A program made the translations under genes and the position numbers. A DNA stretch of 63,943 nucleotides, filler included, from Blastocystis sp. subtype 4 (taxonomy: Eukaryota), in the NCBI RefSeq assembly GCF_000743755.1. It is 6 parts of 6 records of this genome, joined end to end, with 100 filler letters (N's around TTAATTAATTAA, not from the genome) between each part and the next. Parts side by side here need not be neighbours in the genome. Positions count along the whole stretch, not along the records: positions 11,427 to 22,729 come from NW_014569237.1; positions 22,830 to 34,006 come from NW_014569236.1; 4 more parts are not named here. One strand, 5' to 3'. Shown here one piece after another: positions 11,846-25,300 of this stretch; within the stretch, counting starts at the first letter, position 1, and every line of letters starts with the position of its first letter. The notes under the pieces are model-generated. The model was not told where the DNA came from and did not search any database. It was given only the letters and a program-made list of their open reading frames with translations.

Positions 11846-14800
11846 ATGGTTGTCGACTGTCATCGAATAGATGGTATCATAACTATACTGTGGATTCTTT
11901 TGTCGATCGTCACATCAACGTCAACTGAGGAGTTCTGTGATTCTGGAACCCTTGACACACTATGTGAGGTATCAACAAAACATAACTATGATGTAATTTC
12001 TAATTCTGTGTTGTCAATTGTAGGTGGAAGCCGATTCTTCATATGTATTCTCCGGAAATGGAACAGTGCACTTCATCTGCAATCATAAGGGGTGCGGGTC
12101 GATCTTGTGTACGAAGGAGGATTGTGAGATTGAATTCGGATTGCTAGGAGGATTTATTATGGACAACAATACTAGTATTACGGTATCGATGTCTGAATTG
12201 GATAATCAGCAGGCGCAGACAATTCGTGTTCATGCTGACGCTATTTTTATTAGTCAAGAGAGCTCTTTAGATTCTTCCTCTCTTGGAGATACAGCAGGGC
12301 CAGGAAAGGGAGATGATACAAATGGAGCGAGTTATGGAGGTTCGGGAGGTCGCTTTTCAGAGGACTACTTTTCTTACGCATCTAATATATCTGAAATTGT
12401 GGGTAATCCATTCTGCGAGTGAGTATTTGTTTTCTGTTTGATTTTAAGAGATGAATCCTTTTTATTAGGTTCAGGAACTGGAAAACATGGTGGAGGTCGT
12501 GTTTGGTTACAAGCCAATGTGATGGGCATTCGAGGTCATATTCTCGCAAATGGTGAAGATGGAGATAGTTTTGGTGCTGGAGGAAGTGGAGGAACCATTA
12601 TTATGAAAGCTAAGAACATTACCATTGATCGTACTTTCCTACTCTTTTTCTTATTGTTAGAAGATGCTTTGATCTCAGCCATTGGAGGTATGGGGAATCC
12701 TATCTGTTTAGCACCATCAGATCGAAACTGTAGACAATTTTCGGATCGAAATTGGCGTTTCGGTGGAGGTGGAGGAGGTCGAATCTTTCTTCGGTACGAG
12801 AATCTGGAATGTGGAAACTATGACAGTATTGTCGTATATGGAGGTCCCTCAAATGGTGGTGTCCGTGGTTTAATTGGAGGAGCTGGAACAGTGACACATT
12901 TTGTGATTCAGGATAATTCGACAATAGTATATATGATGAGTCAACTGATATTTAGAATACATATCTTTCTTTGGATAATCGTGATCTCAAATCTACTGCT
13001 GGTACTCCAGTTGTCTTTCCTGCTACTCCGATTGCAGGTCTCACAGTTCAGCGTACTGCTGTTCTTTATACCTCTCATTTTGGATTGAAGCCCGAGACTC
13101 CTCCAGGTCCATTATCTCGAGGTGTGAGTATTCGGAATGGTCGCTTACAGCCTCTGAGGGATGATCTTGGACTAATCATTGATTCTCCAGTCATTTCGAT
13201 TCTTCAAGTCTGTTAAGGAAGGACCTCTTATTTGTAGAACTCTGTACTCAGCGCAAAGAAGATGATTCATATGAGTGCGAATGAGTTTCGCATGTCTCAA
13301 TCCACTATCAAATTTGGTGGAAACTTCGATCTGAATTGTATTGAAGATGTGAAGTTAGATGGTACTGTGGCTGAAGAATACACAAGTTCTGAGTATCCTT
13401 GAATTGTCAGTTCTTATCTAGTTCACATTTCCATGTCGAAGCTTTGGGTCCTATTGATATTCCTGGTACTGTGAATAGTCAGTTCATTCATATTGTATCT
13501 AATGTCTCTATTGATATTAGTGGAATGATCAAATCCCAACGATCTGATTGTATAACAGAGGATCTCTCTCATGATCCAGTCCTTTTCAGTTTCTCTTCTT
13601 ATTCCTAGTACTCATTCTTCCTTGAGAATCGAACTGCTTTTGATGCAAATGCCACACGTCACTACATTCTTCTGTCTGTGTTTTCTCTTCATTTGTAATT
13701 CATAGTGTTTCTCCTTCCATCACTCTTGAAGCCAAAGCTCAAGTAGAAGGAGGAGCTACCTTCCTCTGTGCTCGAGAAGTGAAAGTCAATGGAATTATTG
13801 ACGCTGATGGGATTGTAGTTTCGTTCATTCCTGTTTATCATAGGGTTGTCCTAGTGGCAAAGGTCTAACTCCGGGTCATGCTTCCAAATATCCTTATTCA
13901 TGTGCTGGAGGAGGTGGATATGGTGGTCAGGGAGGCCAAGGAAGTGATCTGCATGGTGGTCAAGGAGGTGAAGTTAGTGGTAGTCGAGAACTTCCTCTCT
14001 CCATGGGTAGTGGTGGTGGAAGTGTGAGTCAGAGTGGAGGAAGCGGAGGTGGGATTATTATTATCAATGCTAACTCAGTTCTTCTTCTAGCAAAATCAGG
14101 TTTGTTTTTGTCATTCCATTCATATTAGAGATTTCAGCGAATGGAGCTCCAGCTTCTGCTGAGACAAGTGGTGGTGGTTCTGGCGGGAGTATTCTAATTG
14201 AGTCAGAATACCTGGAGTTCCATGGATTTGTGCATGCAGATGGTGGAATGGGAGGTGAGAATGGAGGTGGAGGTGGAGGTGGAGGTCGAATCATGTTTCT
14301 CTTAAACAATACTCAAGTTCAGGAGGATAGTGAGTTGTTCACTGGCAACTACAGTGCTATGGGGGGACTCCATGGAACTCCTCCTCCAACGAGCTCTCCA
14401 TTCTTCGTTGCTAATACATCATCAATCTATGATGGATCTGATGGAACAGTTTGGACTTCGTTAGCACCATGTGGAGAGGGATATGGAACAGTCTTCTGTA
14501 CAGTATGTCCAGCAGGCACATACAAGAATGGAACAGATGTATCTCCATGTGTAGCCTGCACGAATGGGCCTGAACACAGTGTATATACCAATCGAGGACA
14601 AGGGAACTCTCAATGTCCTTTCACTTGTCTGACTGGGTATCGAGGTCAAGACTGCTTAACACCGTTTGCTGAATTCTTACGTCAAATTGGAGGTTGGATG
14701 GTGGTAGGTGTGATTTTGGCTCTCTTCCTCATTACCATCAGTGTTTGTACTCTGTTGATTCTTCAATACAATCGTATCCTATTCATTCGTTGTCTCATAC

Positions 14801-16941
14801 TTAGGAATGCGTGTACGCCAATACCAACAACTAGAACAGTCAGTTCCATCAGCATGGTATGCTCAAGATATCGATCGTGTTCGTCAGAAGCAGAAGTTAA
14901 ATTCGCATTATCTCACCATTGCTACTCTATCAGAACATGTAGGAAGAATTTATCTGAATGGGCGAAATACTTTCCGAAACCCATGGGTTGTTCCTGTACG
15001 TCCTCCTGAGTATCTGATGCCTCTCATTTTCTTGCCTGAATATGAGAGTTTCCGTGATGAGATGAACAATCAATTGAGCTATCATATCTTCTGGTCTATT
15101 CTTTCAATCATCCTTGTATCGTTCATATTCCCTCCTGCATCTCTGTGGTTACTACAGAAAATGAAACGAGATCGAGCTCTGAGATTTGAGACTTATATTG
15201 CTAAGGGAACTCATTTTTTCTTACGAGGACCTCGTGCCCAAGCATTATTAGAATCAGTGAAGTGTGGATATGATGATAAATACTCCATTGCTTATATTGA
15301 CATTCTCTACTTAGAGACAATGCCACCACCTGAAGGTATTGAATTAGGAAGTCCTCTTCTTCCTGTGAATCTTGTCATTAGCGGTAAGGGTACTGCATTA
15401 GATCCTTATACGATCGGTAATGAATCAGAGAATGATTAAGCTTTAGATCTGAGTGATGTTCTGGTGTCATCTATTCCTAATTGCAAGGATCTTCAGAAAT
15501 TCATCGATAAGGAATACAAGAAATTCCTTCTGGAGTTGAATGTTCAATTACGTTCACTCTCTCCTATTGAGGTTCATTCTCGTAATGATATTGTTGACAT
15601 TCGAGTATCATTCTATTGTGACTCTAATGATTAGGAAGATAGCAAAGAGATTATGAATCTATTTCATATCCAGAATCCTCACTATCAGTATCTCATATCT
15701 GCTGGAGTGAGAGTAGGCATATGGAAGTCTGTGTTATTATTAGCTTGATTTGGCAGTATCATGGCCAAACTATGTGAAGGGCTCACAAGGAAGTTCACTT
15801 CTCTCTCTTATCGTATCTTATGCTGATCAGGATCCTCTTCAATCTTCTACCTCCTCATCACTATCACGTCGTCGAGACTCAGTGATAGGAAAGAGATCAA
15901 AGCCCAAGGCTCAAGTGGGTATTCGAGAACATGCACTCTATTCTTCCTTCCGAAAGGAACGTTCATCGCTAAGTAAGGACCACTATTCCAGTGGTGACAC
16001 AGTCTTCAGTGGACCTATCTCTGAGAAGTCAACAATTCGAGAAGTCTTCTTTCTACTGTAAATCTGATCATTAGGAAGCATTAGCCAAACATACTCCAAC
16101 AGAATCTCTCCTCTCAAATTCCAATCAGAAGCCATTTGGATCCCTAGCTGATATCACACACCCATGTCGAGCTATTCTCATAACACAACCATTCACACCA
16201 GATCAGGTTCAACTTCCGAAGTCTATCACTCTTTGGCTCTATAGACTTCTCTTCAAGCGACCCATAGCTCCTCGTTCAATGAGTCTTCGTTTGGCTGTCA
16301 AGTACTTCCTCATTGCTTTATCCACTTTGGATCTCATTCGTATGATTGTCTCTTCATTCTCACTCTTAGTCACTTTAATGTTGAATGTGGATATGTGGTG
16401 TTGGGCTCCCAATCATTCATCTGTGTGTTCACCACGAGCAGTTGTAGTATCTTATCTCATGTATGCATTCGTGCAATGGTTCAGAATAGTTTCCCTCTCT
16501 CTATTATTTTGTCTCCACTCTCCATCTTTGTAGCCTCTGCGGCCAATTTTTATAATGGAGCCTGTGTAGCCTTAGTCCTCTTGCTTTCATCAATTCCTGC
16601 AATTGCTACAATGCTCTTTTTCGTCCACGACACACCGTATGTCGTAAATGCCACATTTCTGATTTTTGGATTATTAGTCTTGAAGTACCTCCAGGGACGC
16701 GTAGTTATAATTTTCTTGATTTATTGATAGTTGTTACTTTGCTTTATTGCCATTTTGGAAACCAAAGACAAGATTCAAATCAAACAAAAAGACCCTGATT
16801 TCCGAAGAACGTTCTCTGTTTCTGATATGGGGATGTACACCGTTGTTAACATAGCTGAAGTATAGGAATCGGATTCCTTCGACGAACTCAATTGGAATGG
16901 TGATTCGTCCAAAGTACAGTGATTCTATTGATATGATGTGA
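11846..16941 (+). CDS. Large Gly-rich surface membrane protein (GGGGGGRI repeats, ephrin-receptor-like Cys domain, C-terminal domain of the plant 'ephrin type-B receptor-like' family), many introns
   Basis: GASYGGSGG/GGGGGGRI repeats; CPAGTYK...CPFTC; TM helix; HVGRIYLNGRNTFRNPW; multi-TM tail. Confidence 0.75.
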
Positions 16942-16997
16942 TATTTCAATTTATACTATAGTTGAAATGCTGTTTGTTGTTGCCTCCATTTCACAAG

Positions 16998-18986
16998 ATG
17001 CTTTACTTGTCATGTCATTCTGTTGTGAATGTTCAGTTTGACAAAAAGAACCATGTTGTGAAGTTTTCAGTGTATAAATACAACAAAGGGAAGGATCGAT
17101 TCAAGAAACGATATGAATTCTCGTTTCCAGATTCAAGTTCGTTTTTATGCATGGTACTAAACTTGTAGATTCATTGGATGAAGTAGTTGTACTAAAGGAT
17201 GTCAGTTGGCTTCCTTTTGAACTGTTTTATATTTCATGTGGTTTTAAATTTAGTATGATTCCTATTTGTATTCTTCGTAACTCCAGTACCAAACATTATC
17301 AAGTCCTTCGTATTTGTTTCAACAAGGGTGAAATCACTGTTTTGGCAGAATTTACATTCAATGGAAGTGTTCAAGGTGTTATTTGATTCTGTTCTGTTAT
17401 TCATAGAACTCATTCTTACAAATGGTCCGACGCTGTTTCTCAAATCGGAAGACAATAAGCTCCAAGATGTAGTGCTTGCTGACAATTCGATCCTTCAACT
17501 GGCGTCTTCACCTATAGAACCTCGATTTATGTGAGTAATAACCAGTTACTTCATATCTAGTGACAATGATAAAGAATGGATGATTCAACACAATCAACGT
17601 TCCTTCTCTGTTTCCAAGGAAAAGAATGGCGAGATGCTTCTCCACATCCTTCTTTCTGGGCGAGATGGTTATTATCTCGTTACACAACAAGGGACAACGA
17701 TCCGCATTCTCTATTATTCTCGTGGTTTTGTTATTGATATTGAACATATCAACGATACATTAATTGATCTATTTCCTATCAGTTGGTATGGAAACGAAGG
17801 CTATGGATGTCAGTTTGCTCATTCATTCTTCCTTTTAAATCAGCAGCGGATTCTATTTCGTATTCTTGTTTCTTTCGTTCAATTTTAGGCATATCTAATT
17901 CGTTTGTACTAATTGATGATTTCCTAAATTGCGGAAATATCCAGTTTTTTTGCTACGCAGTGGATTCCTATTTCCATTACACCTTACAGTCCCTTGATCA
18001 CTCTGTTCTCATCTCTTCCTGTCTTCATGGTTCTTCGAAACCTCTTTCCATTCCTCCAGGTCGAAGTGTCTACTTCAAAGGACTGTCTCTCAAAGTATCT
18101 CTCTTTCAAGAACAGATTCAGCAACTTCTCATACGGAACTCCATCCTCCAAACTCTAATCTCCTCTCAAGATAGCATTCCAGCCTCCTTTCTGCATCCTC
18201 TTCTGCTCACTAAGGATCCTCCTCCTAAGAAACCACGAGTACATAAGCAGATCTCTATCACTTCATACAATGCCATGTCAATTGGACATGCGATCGTTCT
18301 CCATATTTGTGGCTCTTTTGAAGGAAGCAAAGGGGAAGAGTTGATTGTGTCTGTTGCTTCCTCGTCGATCTCTTTCTCACAGAATTGTGATGTTTGCGAT
18401 GTGAAGTCGGATGGAAGTTTCTCAGCTGAACTTCGACTGCAAGGATCGTTCCCTTCAATTCCTATACCTCTCTTCGTATTCATCTCCGATTCTCATTCTC
18501 TTCATTTTGCTGATGTGATTCAATTGTACTCTCTTTCCACTGTTCCTAACACGTTTCCTTATCCCAGATTCCTCTATGATAAGACTGCTACTGCATCTGT
18601 TCGGAAGTTCTTTTTCTCCTCTGGTTTGCTCAATGAATCATTTCTCTCATCAACAATACATTCAATCACACTTCCTTTTACCATAGAAGAAGCGGAAGTA
18701 TTGGTCAAACTGTGTCATTCTTATCTTGATAAAACGAAATGCTGCTTAGATGTGTCAGAAATACCTTCATGTCGACAATTGGTCCTTCGATTACGCGAAT
18801 CTCTTCTGGAAGAAGCATTATTTTGTAAATCTCAAGTTGTTGTAAGTTTCTTTAAGCCTATATCATCGATAGACTTTGGATCATGAGATTCGAATTACAA
18901 AGGAAGGATTACGCTATCGTATCAGGAATGACAGTATCAGCTGTATCATAGTATCACTGTTTTTGGGATTGTTGCAGTGGCATTGA
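16998..18986 (+). CDS. Hypothetical protein (multi-exon, beta-rich)
   Basis: Consecutive ORFs joined by ~30-nt GT-AG introns; no recognisable motif. Confidence 0.6.
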
Positions 18987-19012
18987 CTTGGTTTGTTATA
19001 AGAAACAAGGCA

Positions 19013-19213
19013 TCATGCAGTTGGTCTTGTCGTCTGTTCTTCATCATCCTTTGGACTCACATAGGATGGGTCCTGCTTGTCAATCGGTATCTCGCCTTCA
19101 AAGTACTCACATCCAGGCTTCCCCCATGTGTATTTACCTCCTGCACCTTCTTTCTTGATCTCCCTCGATGCTCCATTTCTGGAAAGATGACGATCCATCT
19201 CTCGTTTCCCCAT
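19013..19213 (-). CDS. 66-aa micro-protein resembling the PDCD4 ribosome-binding region / Stf2-Tma10 / SERBP1 motif
   Basis: DRHLSRNGASREIKKEGAGGKYTWGKPG...IDKQDPSY; TGA followed closely by TGTTTCTT. Confidence 0.75.
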   Translation of the reverse strand: MGKREMDRHLSRNGASREIKKEGAGGKYTWGKPGCEYFEGEIPIDKQDPSYVSPKDDEEQTTRPTA

Positions 19214-19417
19214 TTCCAAAACAATAATAATGCTATTCTTCGTCACGAAGGGAGGATATCACGAAGCGAAAGAGGCGGATGTCACGGGGATGAAGGTATT
19301 CTAGCGCACCATTTGATGTATCTATTATATCTTGATTATAACTCATTATCGTTTCATGACTATTTATGGGACGTCTAGTAGCAATTACAAAACCAAAGAA
19401 TAAATCAAATCGTCAAT

Positions 19418-21674
19418 ATGGTAGTTTTGAACCCGTTTGCAAAGGAAGATTGCTTTGGAATCACTGCGAAGATTCTCAAATTGCTGCTACACTCGTCATG
19501 GTATTGTTCAATTGGATAGTGTAATGAAGATAATTGTCCCGTCGTTACTTATGCTAGGTTTAGATGGAAAGAAATTGATGTAATTTTTGTTACATTTAGC
19601 TATATCTTAGTGATTCCACTTCGCATTGGCTCAGATCTCTTTATCTCTTGTTCTATTTACTGTAATTACTCTGCTACCTGTTGTTATCAGTAGTTCTATT
19701 TATTTCGCATTGCGAACATGGCTTACTGAACCTGGAATTTGTCTAAAGAGTGAAAAGGAAGAAGAGCCACCTCCCGAAACATCTGAAAATCAGCGAAAAG
19801 TGGCTAATCTGATGGTCTGTGTTCGAAACGACAAAATTGACCTAATCACAGTAATATCCATCCCTTTCGTATCAGTTAGAAATATATATCTCAGACTCCA
19901 TATATGGTGAATGAACAAAACATTGAGGGACGTACGATTCTTCATGGTGCTGTCCTTCTTAACAAACCCGAAGTTGTCTAAATGTCCCATTTTGAGCCTA
20001 GATTGTATCGTGCCTCTTACAATTTCGTCCTAATGTGTACAGTCGAGATATCTACAGTCTTACAGTATTGCATTATGCTGCATTCAATAGAGTGACGTCA
20101 TTTTTATCTTTATCATAACTAGTATGATGATATTTGTGCTCTCCTTTTTGAATATCTTGGAATCAGTAAACATCGATACGAAGTATTTCTATAATCACTG
20201 TTGATTATTATCATAGATAGAAAAGACAATGTATCGTAATGAGGTCCAATCAATCCTTCCAACTTATGATGTTGATTTTGATGCGTATTATCTAATGAAT
20301 AACTATGAGAGGGTCTATCTCGATAGTATCAGCGATTGTAAATACTGTCCACATCAGATGGCCATTAATGCAACAGAACTCACTTCACAAACTTCTTCTA
20401 CAGTCAATCAATCTTCCGTAGAAATCATTGCACTTTCTCCAGACAATTCACAGGCTGAATCATTTATGCAATACAGACAAGAGCTTCCAGAACGAAACGA
20501 TGATGGTGAGAGTCTTCGTAGTTATGTATCTGAAGAGAGCTCGTTATCAGATAGTTCAACATGTATTCATCGCAATGATGATGGGAATGGATTGGATCGT
20601 GTTCCTCTTCTCATTGATTCTCTCAGTGAACAAGAGACCTATTACTCCAATTCTTTGAATCAAAATATGAGTGATCGTGCAATCGACTCTCCTGTGAGTG
20701 AGAACACAGTTATAACACCACTAATGGAAAATTTGAGTCAATCAGCATCTGAATCAATCGCAGAGAACAAGATTACAGACTCAATAATCTCACATACTTC
20801 CACTTACTTCAGTCCGGATAGCAATAATCAGAAATCTTCTCTACATCAAACAGTTTCCTACATTCCCGCGGGAGGAAGCATGCAAAGTCGTTATGATCAG
20901 AAGACTTTATTTCTAGTGACTGCTCACTCGTTTGTCGCTAAACCGCATTCAGAAGATGCAGAAAGAATCTCACCTCACAAACTGTTTTCATTTATCTGCA
21001 TTGATCAGAATTCCATCGTACCAGTGCGTTACTGTCGCTACTGCCATATCTTTATGCCGCCTCGATCCTTTCATTGCAGAATATGTAATTGGTACTGATG
21101 TGACAGGAATATCACTCTAGTTGTGTACGAGGATTTGATCATCATTGTCCCTGGATGGGTAATTGTATTGGAATCCGAAATCATGGGTACTTTATGATGT
21201 TTATGGTAGAAATCGATTCGGTTTTTGAGAGATAGTTCTCGGGAATCTGTGCATTGTTACTTGGATTGTATGTCGCTTCTTGGGGCATTGTAGCTTCTCT
21301 TTCAGATAGTTATATTATTGTATGAATTGAAATTAGAATGTTGATGGGATAGTATCATGCTGTCAATGCTCTATTTCTGTTGAAGCAGTCGTGGACAGAG
21401 CTTGTATTCTTTCTTTGTACTACTTTCCTTATGGCTCCTTTAGGCAAATTGTTACTGTATCATTTCTACATTGTATGAACTCTGGTTGTGTTTTAGTATC
21501 AGACTTCATTAAATTGTACTACACACGAAGAGATTCGAATACCAGGAAAGAAAATCCGAAAGAAGAATCATCTCTCGAAACAACCCTATTTTCCTTATAG
21601 TAGAGGATTTATTAAGAATTGGAAGTATTTCTTCAGGACGTTGAGAATTGCTTCTCACATCCCAAAACAAGAAT
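19418..21674 (+). CDS. DHHC palmitoyltransferase (start uncertain)
   Basis: [53 protein letters not shown]; predicted poly(A) stop at 21674. Confidence 0.85.
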
Positions 21675-21697
21675 CAATTGTTTCTTATAAACAGAAT

Positions 21698-22544
21698 ACA
21701 AATCCTTTCCATGGTGTCCACTCTCAAGTATTGACAGTTCTTCTAATTCTGTGTCACTAAGATTATCTAAATCAACCTATCCATTAGCAACTTCAACTTC
21801 AAGTACATAGGTACTTAACATTTGCCGACCGAAAATCCAACCAACCAGGATTATCACGATTAACAAGAGTACCAACCAATTAAACGATCTCTCACTTTTC
21901 ATTATAACTGATGTAGTATTTCTGCCTCCAATTGTTTCCACATTCATATAAAATGAACAATCAGATGGATTATGTCCAGAATCAATTGCCTTTTTTCTAT
22001 GACTCATCCAGTCACTTCTTTCAGCTACGCTGTTATTGCAAATGATGTGAGACTTGATGCCTCTCGATTCCCATTATACTCAAACACCCTGCGCTAGAAC
22101 TATTATGTATCAATCACAGATACATTTGTAAATAGAAAGAGACTTGGGTAATAGTGAACATTGTAGCGTTTAACCAACTCTTTTTCAACTGTTCCATCCA
22201 CCTACAAATGATCTGATCTGAGTATTCCTGCATCAGCAACACCAATAAGTCCCTTAAGATTCGTAGCACTACTCTCCCAAGCTGGAATCATCTTTTTACA
22301 GTGATTACACCACTATATGAAATGGAAATTAATCAAATACAGGAGCAAAGAAACGAACAAACCAGATTCCCGAATCTTCAGAGTTAACGACTGTATCAAA
22401 ATTATCAATGGTTAGAGAAACAATATCTACATGATCAGGCAACATATAGATATTGATCACCTGAACTAACAACGAGGTCGCAGATGAACACAACAAGAAG
22501 TATTCTAAAAGAGAATATGATTCAATGAAAAACTACTTGTTCAT
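21698..22544 (-). CDS. Transmembrane thioredoxin (TMX-like) protein
   Basis: Spliced MNKILLVVFIC signal peptide, WFVRFFAPWCNHC, C-terminal TM helix; predicted poly(A) stop at 21698. Confidence 0.8.
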
Positions 22545-22584
22545 CCCAACAAACAGGAGAATAGAATGAATCAAAGCAATAAAA

Positions 22585-22729
22585 TCAACGTAACATAAAC
22601 TCACCAGCTCCAAAATGAATTGCTACAAGTAATCGTTCTCTCATTATCGCATCTGTTGAATATTGAGGAAGATCCAACTGAAAGAAACATGTATGAGCCA
22701 CAGGAAGCATCTCATCTCCTGATGAACAG
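22585..22729 (-). CDS. HECT E3 ubiquitin ligase C-terminus (5'-truncated)
   Basis: LPVAHTCFFQLDLPQYSTDAIMRERLLVAI. Confidence 0.9.
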
Positions 22730-22829
22730 NNNNNNNNNNNNNNNNNNNNNNNNNNNNNNNNNNNNNNNNNNNNTTAATTAATTAANNNNNNNNNNNNNNN
22801 NNNNNNNNNNNNNNNNNNNNNNNNNNNNN
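22730..22829. other. Artificial contig linker
   Basis: N44-TTAATTAATTAA-N44. Confidence 0.97.
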
Positions 22830-22874
22830 TTTTGTTTTGTTTTTTGATGTAGAAGAAAGAAATGAATACCCAGA

Positions 22875-24746
22875 TCAATTCAATAAGAGATTTACTACAT
22901 CCTTCACATTCAAGCGCTTCAAATTGGTGTATTTCTGTCCAGTACCCACAAATACAATTGGTTTTCCGGTACAATATACCATTGACAATGCAGCACCCAC
23001 CTTATCATCGATAGTATCAAACTTGGTAAGTACAATACCATCCACTGTTCTCGGTTCTGGGAGATCCGATAAATCATGCAAAGCCTACCTCACATTACAA
23101 CAAGAATCCCTTACTCGGTTGAATTCCTTCAACTGGTCCACACCATCGTTACCAACCAAGGCTTCGCCAACAAATAGAATCAGATCTGGATTGTTCACAT
23201 TGACTAGTTTCACAAGATTGCGCATCAACCCTTCATTATTTTGCATTCGTCCTGCAGTATCGATGAGACACACATCAAAACCATTGTCATTGGCATACTT
23301 CAATGCATTGAAAGCGACATCGGATGGATCCTTCGTATAGCCACGCTCAAAGAGATCCAAACCCAGACGATCTACATGAACACGCAACTGTTCCACAGCA
23401 CCCGAACGATATGTATCACAGGCAGCAAGCAAAACACGCAAACCCTTGCTCTTAAAGTAATAAGCAACCTTCGACAAGGAGGTGGACTTACCCACACCAT
23501 TAACTCCACAGAAGACAATACTAAATGTCTTATTCTGTTGTTTATACTCCTGAACTCGACGCAGAATATCAATTGAGGATTTAGTAGTTAAAATTGACTC
23601 AATACTCTCTTCGAGAGCATCACGAACCACTGTTGTCACTCTTACAATCATTCTCACATTTATCCAATACCGAGTGAAACCGCCAAGCTTCTTACCAAGG
23701 AGTTTTTCTTTCACATTACCACAAATGGCCTCTGCAATCTCTGTTGCCACATTCTTCTCTACCAACTACGCGTCAGCTCCGTTCCGATGTATCAACCTTC
23801 TTCTTCAGTGAATCAACAACAGGAGTCAATTCATCTTCCGTGATGGGAGTTTCTCCAGTAAGGCGTTTGAAGAATCCGCCTAACTTGCCTAATCCCCAAC
23901 TCGAAGTCGTTGTTTCTTCTTGTCGATCCATTTCCGACTCATTCTAGTTTTTATAATCATCAAAATACATATACAAAGTTCTCAACAACATCTGATGTCA
24001 CTGCTTCCCCTCCAACACTTCTATCAAGAGAACTCATATCCAGCTGATCATCTTCTGTCACAAGGAATTTACTCTTCTTCTGCTTCTTTTCGGATGCTCC
24101 TTTCTTGTTCCCCTTTCGCTTGATATACTTAGGAACAGAATGGGGAGCATCTTCATCACGCGATTCTGTGTCACTCGAAACAGGCTCTTCACTAGCAAGA
24201 GAATCTGTTGCAATATTCTAGAAATCAGCTCCTTTATTCTGAAGTACTTCTGTTGATTCTCTCTTCAAGCGATTGAGATTACTGCCCTTAAACTATTGAT
24301 CAATCCAATTCTACAAAATTCCACAAGAGTCGGTTTTTTCACTCGCTGAGAAACAGATTCAGCAGCATCGAGGATCTGGGTAAACTGGTCATCAAAATCG
24401 AATTCCGATCTTGTAATTAACAACTACAGAGAAAGATATACATAGTTTCTATAGGAAACCGATCCTCAAAAGTTGCAGTGAAAGCTCGCTTCACCGATGC
24501 AAGGAGATCATCAGTGTACATCAATTGCAGAATGCGTTGATAGACAACAACGAATACAAGACCCAGATCATTACTAAGTGTCCATTTCAACATATAGGGA
24601 CCATCTGTGAACTGCTTTTCATTGGATCGTTCAGCAAGGATCATTTCCTTCACCATCTTGTTCACAGGATTACCAGTGAGTTCACAGAATGATTTAGACC
24701 ATAAAATGAGTCCTGTTGTTGTGAAGATACAGAAATAGTCAATCAT
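22875..24746 (-). CDS. SRPRA: Signal recognition particle receptor alpha subunit
   Basis: Longin N-terminus [45 protein letters not shown]. Confidence 0.95.
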
Positions 24747-25300
24747 GGGTAACGCTTACAGAATTAGTAATTGTTACATTTGTTATGAACTTGCGTTCAT
24801 TCTATTATGGAATGTATTTTATGCTATGAGCAGGATTTGATGAACGAAACATGTTGTCAGAGTGTGATTCACACAAACACAGAAATGCCCATAGGACACC
24901 AAAAATACTACTAATATGGCAGAAATAGCAAATCACATTATAACTGATATTCTATTGTCTGGTAATGGACAGAGATTGATTCTCTTCTTGGAAAAGAGGA
25001 AAAATATCATCAGTATGAATGCTATCATTTCTTGTGTTAAGATACCAATCATTCAAATAGTCAGTTACTAAACTATCATTGTCAACGGGAAACATAAGCA
25101 TGGCATCCTGAGGGGATTCACTACCCGTTATTCATTAGAAAAAAAATTACATAGGCATTTCATCAAAGATTGAAATAAACAGATTTCTTGGATCATAGTT
25201 CGTTTGTTGTTGGTTGGGTACAACTACCAACGAACTATCGCCGTTTGCTAGAGTGGTCTCATGTGTCTCAATGACCTCAAGTGGAATGCGATTTCCTGCC

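Noticed and set aside
13393..13421. Intron starting GTATCCTT (also GTATCCTA at 14774) as a GT-AG U12 candidate
   Set aside because: Lengths of 29-31 nt match the U2 class here and the branch-site match is poor; not supportable
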